A stretch of DNA of 64,000 bases, taken from positions 39,680,001-39,744,000 of the forward strand of contig OX597833.1 in assembly GCA_951406725.2 (NCBI GenBank). Reading direction: 5' to 3'. Both the position numbers and the translations under genes were made by a program. The notes under the pieces are model-generated. The model did no database searches. It saw nothing but the letters and a program-made list of their open reading frames with translations, and was not told the origin of the DNA. Positions 25,522 to 38,212 of the stretch are shown in pieces. The stretch comes from Octopus vulgaris (taxonomy: Eukaryota). How positions within the stretch are numbered: the first letter of the stretch is position 1; the number at the start of each line of letters is the position of its first letter.

Positions 25522-27272
25522 ACTTACTGATTTGTTTAATTATATGGTTTACTCTTTACTCTCTTTACTCTCTTACTTGTTTCAGTAATTTGACTGTGGC
25601 CATGCTGGAGCACCACCTTTAGTCGGTTTGTACATATTTCCAAAAGTATTGTATTAGATTTTCCACTGCAGTATATTGGTTTTAGGTGCATTCAAAAAAA
25701 ATTTTAATACTTTTAATTTCTATAATTTTAAATATGTTCACTGATACCAACAAATTGACTGAGGTTTTTTTATCATTTCCAATAATTTCTTTAAAAATGA
25801 AAATGACACAAATTCAGAAAAGACAGAACTCAAAACAACCAAAGTAAAGGCTTGACTGTATATTGTCAGAGAATCTCTTCAGAGTTACATAAAAGAATTA
25901 AAAGATTAGGATTAAGAAAAAGATTACATCTTGGAAGGCTGAGAATATACTTCCAAGCCCAAGAAACTGATCCCTTGGGAACTTCTCAGCTAAAAAGAAA
26001 AGTAAAAAATACTTTTAAAGATTAAAAAATTATAATAAAAGAGAAGAGGAAATTATCCACTGCCCTTTCATTGACCCTAACCTTCTTCATGAGTCATGAC
26101 CTTTATTTGTTTTCTGACCTTTTTCTCTGCATTGACCTTTCAATTAAATTAGGTTTAGGGATTTGAAGAATTCTTTAGAATGTTCTTTGAATGAAGTTAT
26201 TAACTTAAAGGGTAATCGAATCTTATCTTGCATACATACACTTACACACATACACATTCACGCACATATACGCATTTGTATACATGTACATCTACATACA
26301 CTAATTTACACACATGCACAAGCTTTTCTACATTCACACACATAAAGCAAATTGAAATATGTGTGGGCATTTGAGTGTGTGTGTGTTTGTGTGTGTGTGT
26401 ACATATCCTCTTAAATATGCATCTTCCTAAATATAAGTCCTTGCACAAATTGAAGCAAAAATTTATCTACACACACATACGCACGCACGCGCGCGTGCAC
26501 ACACACACACACACACACATACAAGATGCACTCATGATTTTTATATGTGTGCATATACAGGTGTTTATACTCACATGAGGTCTCAGTTGCATGTGTTCAT
26601 ACAATGATGTAACACACGTACACAAAGATATGTATAAATATGTGTGCATATGTGTATATATGTGTATGTGTGTGTGGGGGGTACGTGTTAAGTAGATGTA
26701 TGTAAGAGAGAGAGAAATTATGTAGACATGGCCTTGTGGTTAAGAAGTTCATTTCTCAGTCTTGTATTCAGGTTCAATCCCATTGCATAGTACCTTAGGA
26801 AAATTCATGTTTCTACTCTACAGCAAGACACCTATCCTTGTTCCTTTCTACCTTTAATCTCTCAAATACACAAAGCCAAAGGTGGTGTTGGTGGTAGTGA
26901 TGGTGGTGGTGGTGGTGGTGGTGGTGGTGATGGTGATGGTGGTGGTGGTGGTATTGGTGGTGGTGATGATGATGAAGATGCTTAAGATAAAATTCAAAAT
27001 AAAATTTTCCCAAGCTTGCTTAGATTGGACGGGGTTAATTGAAGCAGATTTTCTACAGCCAGATGCCCTTCCTGTCACCAGCTCTCATCTTTTTTATTGA
27101 GCAAAGTAATATTTCCCTATGGTTCAACATTTTCATAATAGTTTGGAAATGAAGGACACCTCTTGTATGATGGTGATACTTGTTTACAGCTATCATGCAA
27201 TGTCAAGATAAGGAGATAGCTACAAACACATGCACACACACATACATAAACATACATATACACACACACAGA

Positions 27273-27315
<43 letters not shown>

Positions 27316-27479
27316 ATAACACATGTATACACACACACACAAACACACATGCACACATGCACACAAATACATAACTGTTTCTGTCTCTTTGTCAGACTCT
27401 AACTGTTCATCATCTAACACAAGATCACTTTCTCCAATGCCCCTCCCCTCTCAAAGATTATTCCTTGTCTTGCAAAGTT

Positions 27480-27788
27480 ACATGGTGACCCTGCCAGTGC
27501 TGGAGTCACTTAAAAAGCATCCAGTCCACACTGTAAAGTGGTTGCCATTTCGAAGGGCATCCAGTTGTAAAAATCATGCCAAAACTGACCTTGCCTGTGC
27601 CAGTGCCACATAAAAAGCACTCAGCCCATTCTGTGGGGTGGTTGGTGTTAGGAAGGGCATCCAACCATAAAAAGCCATGTCAAAACAGACAGAAGTATGA
27701 TGCAGGCTTCTACCTGGCCAGCTCCTGTCAAACCTTCCAGTCCATGCCAGCATGGAAGGAGGATATTAAACGATGATGATTATGATGA
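27480..27788 (+). mobile_element. RTE-type 3' UTR with internal duplication and (GAT)n tail
   Basis: Two copies of gtggttg..gaagggcatcca motif. Confidence 0.75.
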
Positions 27789-28649
27789 TACACATCAGGC
27801 TTCTGTCAGTTTCCATCTAACAAACTAACTCACAAGGCGTTGTTCAGCTCAGGGCTGTAGCAGAAGATGCTTATCTATCACTTACCTTCCTATCAATTTA
27901 CTTACCAAGACACTTACCCACAGTGCCATGCAGTAGGACTGGAGTATACACATATACATAAGAACTAACCTAACTGGTAGAGAAGAAAATGGGCATTTCT
28001 TGTGTGTGGCACATTAGTTTTGCCAATTTGAAACTCATAGTTGAGACTGACTTCATATTCTTGTATGCAAACTGATTCAATTCCCTGTCATAGCATAGTA
28101 CTGTAGTGATGTATATACATATCTACACATGATATATATTGACCAAGGCATTTTTAGGTGCATGATGTTAAAAAATGGAAGTAGATTACTTTTAAGTTCA
28201 GCTGTTCCAATGTACACTGACTTTTTCACTAATATTCCAACTTGTCTCCAATATCTAAGTTCCAAGGAGGTCTATACGTATTCTTAGTATCTTATATAGT
28301 ACACTGTATTTCTATCTTAGCAGTTGATATGTATGTTTGAGACATATTTCACAATCATTTTCACAAGGCTACATCTTATAGATAATTGATTAAATACTTG
28401 TTTCTTTTTGTTTTCTTTTATCTTTTTTATGATGACTTTGAGTTTGAAGCTAGATTCCTAAGAGATTCTCCTAAACTTACTAGCTAATTTGCTACAAGGT
28501 GTTACATTGCAAAACATTACACTATCAAACCTATTGTGATCATAACATAACCCAACCATGCCCAACTTCTCTGTTCCAGAAGTTATTAGAGCATAGAAGG
28601 CATGTTTTATCTGCATCACTTTTTCAAACAGTTTCTTTGCTCTTTTGTG

Positions 28650-28791
28650 AAGTGTTTGTCATTAGGAAGGGCATCCAGCTGTAGAAACCATACCAAAGCA
28701 GACAGTGGAGCACGATGTAGTCCTTGCATCCATTGGATCCTCTTAAACCATCTGACCCATGCCAGCATGGAACACAGACAATAAATGTTGT

Positions 28792-28833
<42 letters not shown>

Positions 28834-28912
28834 CGACGACGACGTCGACAACGACGATGATGATGATGATGATGACGACGACGTCGACGACGATGATGAT
28901 GATGGTGATGAT
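28650..28912 (+). mobile_element. RTE-type 3' end running into an expanded (GAT/GAC)n tract
   Basis: attaggaagggcatccagctgtagaaacc...acccatgccagcatggaa, then about 120 bp GAT/GAC. Confidence 0.8.
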
Positions 28913-29336
28913 ATGTACTATTAAATGGTTATGGCAAATAACTGTTCAGAATGTTACCATCAATTTTATGCCATGTATTGCACCTGAGCAATATTGACAA
29001 CATTTTAAACATACAGACTGGAAGCACATATCTGCTTTAATATTGGAAGTACATAGACTCTAAGTTGGCTCAGTGGTAATAAAAAAAAAAATGGATTAAA
29101 ATATAGACATAAAATTCATATCATTTTTCAAGGAGGAAAATAAAGAGTTATTTCCCATGGATTGGTGTTAGTCAGGAGTAAAGCATGTAAGTTGTGTATG
29201 TATATATATCATTTCCTGTTTCATTGTACTTCTTTTCAGTGTCACCAAACCAACGTTAGAGCTTATGTACCTCCAGCATAAAAGAAGTTATGAGCTTTTG
29301 GCTAGTCTACCAAAAGAGTCAATATTGCATAGATGT

Positions 29337-29966
29337 AAGGCAGCAATCATTAGCACACTGGGGAGTTGGCAGAATCATTAGCACACTGGGGAGTTGGCAG
29401 AATCATCAGCATGCCGGGCGAAATGCTTAGCGGTATTTCATCTGCTCTTACATTCTGAGTTCAAATTCCGCCGAGGTCGACTTTGCCTTTCATCCTTTTG
29501 GGGTCAATAAATTAAGTACCAGTTACGCACTGGGGTCGATGTAATCGACTTAAATCCTTTGTCTGTCCTTATTTTTCCACTCTATGTTTAGCCCCTTGTC
29601 GATAGTAAAGAAATAGGTATTTCATCTGCTGTTACGTTCTGAGTTCAAATTCCGCTGAGGTCGACTTTGCCTTTCATCCTTTCGGGGTCGATAAATTAAG
29701 TACCAGTTACACACTGGGGTCAATGTAATCGACTTAATCCCTTTGTCTGTCCTTGTTTGTCCCCTCTATGTATAGCCCCTTGTGGGCAATAAAGAAATAA
29801 GAAACGTTAGCACACTGAGCAAAATTTCCTCCATCTTTATGTTCTGAGTTCAGATTCCATTGGAGTTAACTTGGTCTTACATCCTTTTTGATTAAATAAG
29901 TACCAGTTGATGTAATCAACTTAACCCCTACCCCAAAATTGTTGGCCTTGTGCCAAAATTTGAAAC
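29337..29966 (+). mobile_element. Nin-domain SINE with tandem self-nested variants
   Basis: Three Nin domains; outer TSD atattgcatag at 29322-29332 and 29969-29979; inner units end in an aataaagaaata-type tail. Confidence 0.85.
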
Positions 29967-30265
29967 CGATATTGCATAGGTGAAATACTTAGCGCAAAAC
30001 CAAGTTATATTCTGACCAGTTATATATGAAAACAACATATAAAAATATAGTGTAGCTAGAGTGTGTACTACCCAGGGCAGCCCTTCCATTTGTCACCCCT
30101 GGACCTCATAAAAAACACATGTTGCCAACACCAATAGCCTACAACAAGATGAAAAGTGCCACCCGTTTAAAAGTGCTGCCTAGGGTGGACTACCCCACCC
30201 CCTAACTGCTCTAGTGTATAAGGGCTCCATTACTTATACTGAGTGTGCTTTATTCTGATTTGTGA

Positions 30266-30640
30266 ACAGGTGTGGCTGGGTGGTAAAAAACTTGCTTCTC
30301 AGTGACAAGGTTCTGGGTTCAGTCCTACAGTGTGGCACTTTTGGCAAGTGTCTTCTGCTATAGCTTTAGGCTGACCAAAGCCTTGTGAGTAGATTTGGTA
30401 GATAGAAACAGAAAAGAAGTCCATCATATGTGTGTGTTTTTGTCCCCCATGACCACTTGACAACCAGTGTTGGTGTGTTTATGTCCCTCATAACTTAACA
30501 GTCCAGCTAAAGAGACCAATAGAATAAGCAGCAAACTTAAGAAATAAGTACTGGAAGTAAATCATTTGACTAAAAATTCTTTGAGACGGTGCCCCAGCAT
30601 GACTGCAGTTTAATAGCTGAAACAAGTAAAAGATGAAAAA
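30266..30640 (+). mobile_element. SINE family A
   Basis: Full-length similarity, short internal microsatellite. Confidence 0.88.
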
Positions 30641-30679
30641 CAAAACATGTGTGTGTATGCGTATGTGTGTGCCTGTGTG

Positions 30680-30737
<58 letters not shown>

Positions 30738-30753
30738 TGTGTGTGTGTATACA

Positions 30754-30810
<57 letters not shown>

Positions 30811-30900
30811 TTGGCACTTATGTGAATTTTTGCTACCCTGGTGACTATTTATTTCTTGCTTGTTATTTGTACACATTGAAAAGATATACATACATTTATG

Positions 30901-30950
<50 letters not shown>

Positions 30951-31265
30951 TGGTATGTGTCTGTTTTTGTAATCATGTTCCTATCTATATCCATTTTATA
31001 TTTACTAGTGTATAACCAGCAAGGTATCAAAATGTATAATTTAATGATTTATTAAATATAAACTGATAAAATATGCACCAAACAAACATATGTACAGTAG
31101 TCAATGTAAATGATTAAAAGACTTTGGAAGTGATACCCAGCATAGCTGCATTCCAATTGCTAGATTTAGACAATGAATAAAATTACATGTTTCTGAATTA
31201 CACCACTGTATCAATAAAAATATTATATCTTTTATATTTTACTTGTGTCAGTCATTAGACCACAG

Positions 31266-32048
31266 GGATCTTTACCTTTTGACCTACAGATTTAAAAAAT
31301 AATTTTTTATAACTAAACACTCCCAAACTTCGGACACTGGTAGAATGTGTCATATAAAACACATTTTACTCTTAGCATTTTTGAGAAAAACTTATATTTA
31401 CGAAGTTATTTCAAGTTAAAGTTCTCATATTTCAGTTAATTTCAACCAATCAATGATGTGTATTCAGCTGAATAAAATTACTGCCTTTGTTTGTCAACAA
31501 CAACTATTGGCGGTGTATTTTTCATTTGTCACTGTTATTTATGACATTGTTTGTGCATTTGTATTGGTTTTAAGGTTTTAGGGTTAGGGTTGGGGTTAGT
31601 GTTTTAGGGTTAGTGTTAGGATTTTAGGGTTAGAGTTAGGGTTTTAGGGTTAGGGTTAGGGTTAGGGTTTTAGGGTTAGGGTTAGGGTTTTAGGGTTAGG
31701 GTTAGGGTTTTAGGATTAGGGTTAGGGTTAAGATTTTAGGGTTAGGGTTAGGGCTTTAGGATTAGGGTTGTCATAAATAACAGTGACAAACGAAATATAC
31801 ACCACCAGAAGTTCTTGTTGACAAACAACAGCAGTAATTTTATTCAGCTGAATACATGTCATTGATTAGTTGAAATTACCGAAATACGAGAACTTTAATG
31901 TGAAATAACTGCGTAAATATAAGTTTTTCTCAAAAATGCTAAGAGTAAAAGATGTTTTATATGACACATACTACCAATGTCCGAAGTTTGAAAGTGTTTA
32001 GTTACAAAAAATTATTTTTTAAATCTGTAGGTCAAAAGGTAAAGATCC
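31266..32048. mobile_element. 783-bp MITE with about 280-bp TIRs and an internal telomere-like array; 8-bp TSD
   Basis: TIRs 31266-31546 / 31769-32048 (ggatctttaccttttgacctacag...); TSD gaccacag/gaccgcag; inserted in a family A SINE tail. Confidence 0.95.
31570..31768 (+). repeat. interstitial (TTAGGG)n / TTTTAGGG variant array
   Basis: Direct reading. Confidence 0.97.
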
Positions 32049-32273
32049 GACCGCAGCCATGCGGGAGCACTGCTTTGAAGAACTTTTAGTCAAATTAATT
32101 GATGCCAGTTCTTATTTTTGTGCTAAGCCTGGTACTTATTCTGCCAGTCTATTTTGCTGATCTGCTAAGTTATAGACATGTAAACACACCAAAACCAGTT
32201 GGGACACATACAGACACAAACACACACACATATATTGCATGTGTATATGTATATATACATATCTATCTATATA

Positions 32274-32322
<49 letters not shown>

Positions 32323-32390
32323 TTTATAGAAGGAGCTTCTACAGGACTAGAACTGTTTTACTGTGGTTAACCCCGACTCAACCCGGGACC

Positions 32391-32436
<46 letters not shown>

Positions 32437-33290
32437 TATATTGATAGATAGATATTCAGATATAGTATATATAAATCACAGTATGAGTGTGTGTATTGAC
32501 TAGCGCATACATTTCCACAATTCTCAACGGATTTTCACCAAACTTTACACACACAAAACTTATGTCTCAAGGATGGTCATGCACTATAGCATTTTTCCCG
32601 GAGCTCCTGAGGAAATGGACAAACCAGGAAAAACGGTGGTTTACATGGGTTTTTCTCTAATTTGTTGTATGTACATAGTTTACTTGTATGTAGGGTCTTC
32701 TATACATTTTAATCTATGTGGTAGTATATTGGCATTAGAGAATATTTTTTGTGGCTTTCCTATTTTTTGATTTATTATTTATTTATATGTTGTAATTGTG
32801 TATTATTATTTGGTTAGAGAATATTATAAAAGTGAAAGGATTTTGTCTATTTATTTCGACTGTCCACCTGTGATGGTGATTAAATTGACCAGGAACACTG
32901 TAGCTGATGAATATCCAATACCAAATAATCTTAATTTCCATATTTAAACTGCATTAAACTTTGGCAAGATTACCTTCACCTATTCTGAGTTAGCCAAAAG
33001 GTAATGTTCCCTACCCTCTCTTCTTTTTGTTGATACCTTTGTATACTTACCAATGCGTTGTTTCATTTTAAGGATGCTTATTCACCCATTCGTTATGATA
33101 TTTCGAACACATCTTTTCACTGCAAACTGCTAAAGATTCAAAGCAGTATTCATGAAGTGAAGTCAAACCTTCATGTCTTCATTTTTCATTACCTGATGTC
33201 ATTTTGAGAGTGGTCGTACACTGTAAGCACATAAATACATTCCTTTCACTCTACGTTTTCAAGTAGGTATTTTTTAATGTACCAATCGTA

Positions 33291-34568
33291 CGAGGGGCGT
33301 TCAATAAGTAATGCCTCTGACCCACTTGCAGTTGTTTGATCTAGCTGAAATTTTGCATGTGCAATTATTTATATCTCTATAGATTAAGTGGCAAATTGCA
33401 GCTCTGAACTAATTGTGGTTTTCGATTTACAGGTGTTTGAACTGAGTCAAGTGTGAAATGGAGCATGTTGAGTGTTGAGCAGTGATCCGGTTTTTGTATT
33501 TGAAAGGACGCACACCACAGGAGACTTTTGATGAAATGAAAGTAACTTATGGTGATAATGCCCCATCATATGACCTTGTAAAATGCTGGCATCGTGAATT
33601 CAAACATGGTCGGAACTCTGTGGAAACAGCTCCCAGATCTGGTCGCCCCCTTCTGCCATTGATGAGGCATCTGTCTGTCAAGTTGAGGCTGCCATTTTGG
33701 AAGATCGACGCATAACTATTCGCCAAATAGCCCATGAGGTCAAGATTAGTACCGGTCTGTGGAAACTATCATTCATGACCATTTGCATATGCAAAAGGTG
33801 TCTGCCAGATGGATTCCCAGGTTGCTCACACCTTTCCAGAAGCAAGAACTCGTTGATTGCTCGAGGATGAATTTGGAGATGTGCCAAGAAGATGAGTCAA
33901 AATTTTTCAAAAGACTGATTGCAGAGGATAAAACCTGGGTCCATCACTATGATCCAGAGACCAAAGCCCATTCAATGCAGTGGAAGCACCGTGACTCACC
34001 TCCCCCAAAGAAGGCAAGGGCGCAGCCCTCCGCTGGCAAGGTCATGCTTACAGTCTTCTGGGACCAGGACGGAGTAGTGAAGACAGATTTCCTGGCAAAG
34101 AGTGCCACAATTACAGGAGTCTATTATGCTTCACTTTTGAGGAAATTAAGAGAAGCTATCAAAATCAAGAAGCGGGGCAAGATCAGCAAAGGCATCGTCC
34201 TCCTGCAGGACAACGCTCTGATCCACAACTCGCGTGTCGCCAGATCAGAAGCACAGGTGTGCGGCTATGAACTCATCCCCCATCCCCCTACTCTCCTGAC
34301 CTTGCACCCTCTGATTTTCACCTCTTCCCAGCCATGAAGTTGTTTTTGAAAGGAAAGTGTTTCCCAGATGATGCAGATGTAGCATCGTGGTTGGAGGACC
34401 AAGCTGGGGTCTTCTACAAAAACGGTCTTCAGAGCTGCATCAAACGATGGGAGAAATGCGTAACTCTGGGTGGTTCCTATGTAGAAAAAGACTAATAACT
34501 GTTCCAAGTTTCGTTGCTCTACTGCTATGGGAAGTGGATCAGGGGCATTACTTATTGAACGCCCCTCG
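33291..34568 (+). mobile_element. mariner (DD34D) transposon, full-length copy 1
   Basis: 37-bp TIRs cgaggggcgttcaataagtaatgcc(t/c)ctga(c/t)ccactt, TA TSD; WIPRLL and YSPDLAPSD motifs. Confidence 0.97.
33458..34495 (+). pseudogene. mariner transposase pseudogene
   Basis: ATG 33458; TGA at codon 7; frameshifts near 33646, 33754 and 34284; small C-terminal deletion relative to copy 2. Confidence 0.93.
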
Positions 34569-34987
34569 TACTTCTCTCCAAAAAAATAACTCCCTTTGCT
34601 GTTGACTAAAATAAACTCACAGAAGGAAAGTTTCAATGCCTTCCTTCAATTTCCTTACACCATTTATGTGGCTGTTTCTGACAAGAAATTTTGCTTTCAT
34701 GTAAAACAACTATATTTTGTAGTCATTATCCATAATCTACTCCCAAAATACTTCAGCAGCTCTACTTTGCATTGCTTGCAAACTTATATGTTCTATGATC
34801 ATTAAAGTGCAATGATCTCCACAATAACCAGCCTTCAATTTGGTTTTCTGTTCCTAGGTTAATCAGAAACATAGATTGCCATACTACTCATAAACCTTCT
34901 TGGCAGTTCAATTATTTGGTGAACAAAATACTACTAAAGCAACTTAAACCATTCAAAAGACAGGTGCATTTGCTAGTATATATATAT

Positions 34988-35141
34988 AATGATGGGCTTC
35001 TTTCAGTTTCTTGCTGCCAAATTCTCTCACAAGTCTTTGGTCAGCCTGAGTTTAGAGTAGAAGACACTTGCCCAAAATGCCATGCAGTGAGACTGAACCT
35101 GACACTAAGTGGTTGGGAAGCAAGCTTCTTGCCACACAGCC
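34988..35141 (-). mobile_element. SINE family A, 5' half
   Basis: Similarity to family A head. Confidence 0.8.
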
Positions 35142-35191
35142 AAACTTTACTGTTCCGTTTACTGTTTTTGCAACCATTCTTAAAATAATTA

Positions 35192-35392
35192 TTCTTTCTA
35201 ATTTTTGGCACAAGGCCAGAAATTTTGAGGTGAAAAGAACTTGATTACATAAGACTCCAGAGCTCAACTGCTACATATTTTATTGATCCCCTGAAGGGGT
35301 GAAAAGCAAAATCAACCATGGCAAGATTTGAACTCAGAATGTTAAGCCAGAATGTTGTCCAGTATGCTAATGACTCTTCCAGCTTACTGCCC
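35192..35392 (-). mobile_element. Nin-domain SINE (diverged)
   Basis: ggcacaaggcc...ttttattgatcccctgaaggggtgaaaagcaaa...tttgaactcagaat. Confidence 0.75.
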
Positions 35393-35438
35393 GAAAACTG
35401 GACCATGCAACAGTTATACAATCCATTGTCTTGTATAA

Positions 35439-35710
35439 CTGTTGTAAGAGATATGAACTCACAATCTCTGGTTTACAAGACCCAGTGGTCTAAATCAGTG
35501 GTTCCCAAAGTGGGTGGTACTGCCCCCACTCCCAGGGGGTGGTGCAAAGATCCAGGGGATCATTGAAGAAAAATGGGGTGATAATGGGGTGACCAAAACA
35601 GGGCAATGGATGTAAAAAAAAATAATGGGTTAATTAGGAATGTGGCCTTAGAATCAAGGGAGCAACAGCATGAAAATATTTGGGTAACACTGGTCTAAAC
35701 CACTGAGCCA
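35439..35710 (-). pseudogene. tRNA-Thr(UGU)-derived sequence split by a hAT MITE
   Basis: Rejoined minus strand tggctcagtggtttagaccactgggtcTTGTAAaccagagattgtgagttcatatctc; acceptor stem decayed. Confidence 0.65.
35496..35692. mobile_element. hAT (Charlie-like) MITE
   Basis: cagtggttcccaaa / tttgggtaacactg termini; 8-bp TSD gtctaaat/gtctaaac. Confidence 0.88.
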
Positions 35711-36091
35711 TTAAACTGTCAAACATTATTAAAGTAATACTTTGGTATTTTGGGAACATTTTAATATTACTGGAGAAAGTAATGTTTACATTTGATAATC
35801 TGTGTCTCTATTATTATAACATTTTTTATTAACCAAAGAGTGAGCTTCTATGTGGTTATAAAAGCTACTAGAAATAACAATCAAATCACCCTCAAATTAC
35901 ACATCTTGAAGAATGTAGAACAGGTTAGGCAGTATGGTTCCAAAGAGACTGTCCAAAAATACAAAAGCAGCATGGTCTTGGCTAGAATAATAACTGAATG
36001 AAGTATATTGGTATGCATGTGTACATATATGCTTGTGTAGACGTGTGTGTGTATGTGTGTGCACATGTATATGTATGTATATATATATATA

Positions 36092-36362
36092 TAGGAGTGG
36101 CTGTGTGGTAAGAAACTTGCTTCCCAACCATATGGTTCTGGGTTCAGTCCTACTACATGGCACCTTAGGCAAGTGTCTTCTACTACTGCCTCAGACCAAC
36201 CAAAGCCTTGGGAGTGGATTTGGTAGATGGAAACTGAAAGAAGCCCATCATATAGGTGTGTGTGTGTGTGTATGTCTTGTCCCCCCACCATCACCTGACA
36301 GCTAATTTTGGTGTGTTTACATCTCCATAACTTAGCAGTTCAGCAAAAGAGACTGATAGAAT
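36092..36362 (+). mobile_element. SINE family A, 3'-truncated
   Basis: Head and middle similarity. Confidence 0.85.
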
Positions 36363-36364
36363 TT

Positions 36365-36652
36365 GTTCTAGGCTGTTTAGTCTGATTTTGCGCAAACTGC
36401 ACATGCATTTTTCTCGCGTACGTGTAGCATTGATCATAACAGCTGATGCACTTGCACATACAAATGCACGTTCCCATGGCTTTATCGATCGCATTCTCAC
36501 CTGGAATCGATTTTTGTAAGTTTTTCAAGACTTATACACGCCCTGATACCATCGGTAGCTACATATCAAATTTGAGTACAATTGGATGGAGGATGCCCGA
36601 GATCCTAGAAGACACACACACAGACAGACAGAACAGATTTTATATCATAGAT
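36365..36652. mobile_element. Helitron-derived non-autonomous repeat (DINE/Lep1-like)
   Basis: About 200 bp shared with 62775-62970; ends with microsatellite, then ttttatatcatagat. Confidence 0.6.
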
Positions 36653-37005
36653 ATCCATGCAAACACATATACACACATATATATGTATATACAGAGACAC
36701 AAACACACACACACAGACACACACACGCATACACACACATACACACATGCACACATGTGCACATATGTCTATACACACCCATCTAAGTATTCAAACCACA
36801 CTGCTGAGTATCTTGACATGACCAAATACATAATTGAAAACTATAGAGTTTCACCCAGCAACAGATTGTCATTAAGAGAAAGCTGACATCAATCATATTT
36901 TTTCTTGTTACTGCTATTCCTCCACCTTCTCCACTTTCCTCTTCCTCCCTCCACTATTCCTTCTCATCGTCATCATCATCATCATCATCATTAGCATCAT
37001 CAGTA

Positions 37006-37049
<44 letters not shown>

Positions 37050-37365
37050 TCTCTCTCTGTCTTATAGCATTATTCTTGTCTCTTCTCTAAACAACTTTAT
37101 TCCATATGATGAATGCAATGCATATGTTTTCCTATGCACTAATCCAAAATCCCTCCTTTGATAGGGGAGGAGTCTAATGAAAGCTTTAAAAAAAATTACC
37201 AAAAACAGTGTAAACAACAACCGCAATGACTAAAATAATAACTATTGTTACAGTAACCATGACTACAAGAACAACAACTAAATCGCCAACCACAATAACA
37301 ACTACATTGACATCAACGTTTAATACCTACAACAATAATTTCAGTTGCAACACCAACAATTCCAA

Positions 37366-37540
37366 AATTCTTTCTACTATAGGCACAAGGCCCGGAATTA
37401 GACTGGTGCTTATTTTGTTGACCCCAAAAAGAGGAAAGGCAAACTGGACTTCAGGGGAATTTGAACTCAGAATGTAAACCTTGAAGAAATAACACTAAGC
37501 ATCTTGTCAAGTGTGCTGATAATTCTGCCGGCTCTTCACC
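37366..37540 (-). mobile_element. Nin-domain SINE (internally deleted)
   Basis: aggcacaaggcc...ttattttgttgacccc...gaaaggcaaa...tttgaactcagaat. Confidence 0.7.
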
Positions 37541-37631
37541 ATACAACAATTCTCACAATTAAGCACAATAACAAGATTAATATCAACAACGCAACAACAA
37601 CACCAACACCAACAATCTACTGTGTTGTATA

Positions 37632-37696
37632 ACTGTTTATGAGATGTGAACTCACAACTTCTGGTTTACAAGACCAGTGCTCTAAACCACTAAGTT
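37632..37696 (-). pseudogene. tRNA-Thr(UGU)-derived sequence, second copy
   Basis: Minus strand cttagtggtttagagcactggtcTTGTAAaccagaagttgtgagttcacatctc; D arm, anticodon arm and T arm recognisable. Confidence 0.65.
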
Positions 37697-37768
37697 TTTA
37701 AACCGTTGAGCATTATTAAAATAATAATGTGGTATTTTGAGTAAATTTTAACATTACTGGAGAAAATA

Positions 37769-38212
37769 GGTAGCAAGCTGGCAGAATTGTTAGCACGTGA
37801 GGCAAAATGCTTAGCAGCATTTTGTCTGTTCTTATGTTCTGAGTTCAAATTCCACCAAGGTCAACTTTGCCTTTCATGCTTTCAGGGTCAATAAAATAAG
37901 TACCAAATGAACACTGGGGTTGATATAAACAGCTTACTCCCTCCCCCAAGTTTGCTGGCCTTCTGCCAAAATTTGAAGTTGATATTACTGAAGAAAATAA
38001 GGTGGTGAGCTGGCAGAATTGTTAGGACACCAGACAAAATACTTAACAACATTTATTAATCTTCGTGCTCTGAGTTCAAATTCTGCTGAGGCCGACTTTG
38101 CTTTTCATCCTTTTGGGGTTGATAAAATACGTATCAGTTGAGCACTGGGGTCAATACTATCAACTTACCCCAAACCCTGGAATTGCTGGCCTTGGGCCAA
38201 AATTTGAACCCA
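37769..38212 (+). mobile_element. two tandem Nin-domain SINEs at one site
   Basis: Units 37769-37982 and 38000-38212, separated and flanked by three copies of attactggagaaaata. Confidence 0.88.

Larger units (their letters stand above)
32455..34976 (+). mobile_element. decayed Helitron-like element interrupted by mariner copy 1
   Basis: 5' tatataaa, microsatellite, cggattttcaccaaacttt; 3' caggtgcatttgctag|t like 20221-20237; weak PIF1-like remnant near 32905-33000. Confidence 0.4.

Noticed and set aside
31570-31768. True telomere or chromosome fusion site
   Set aside because: Single orientation, enclosed by TIRs and a TSD, no head-to-head CCCTAA junction
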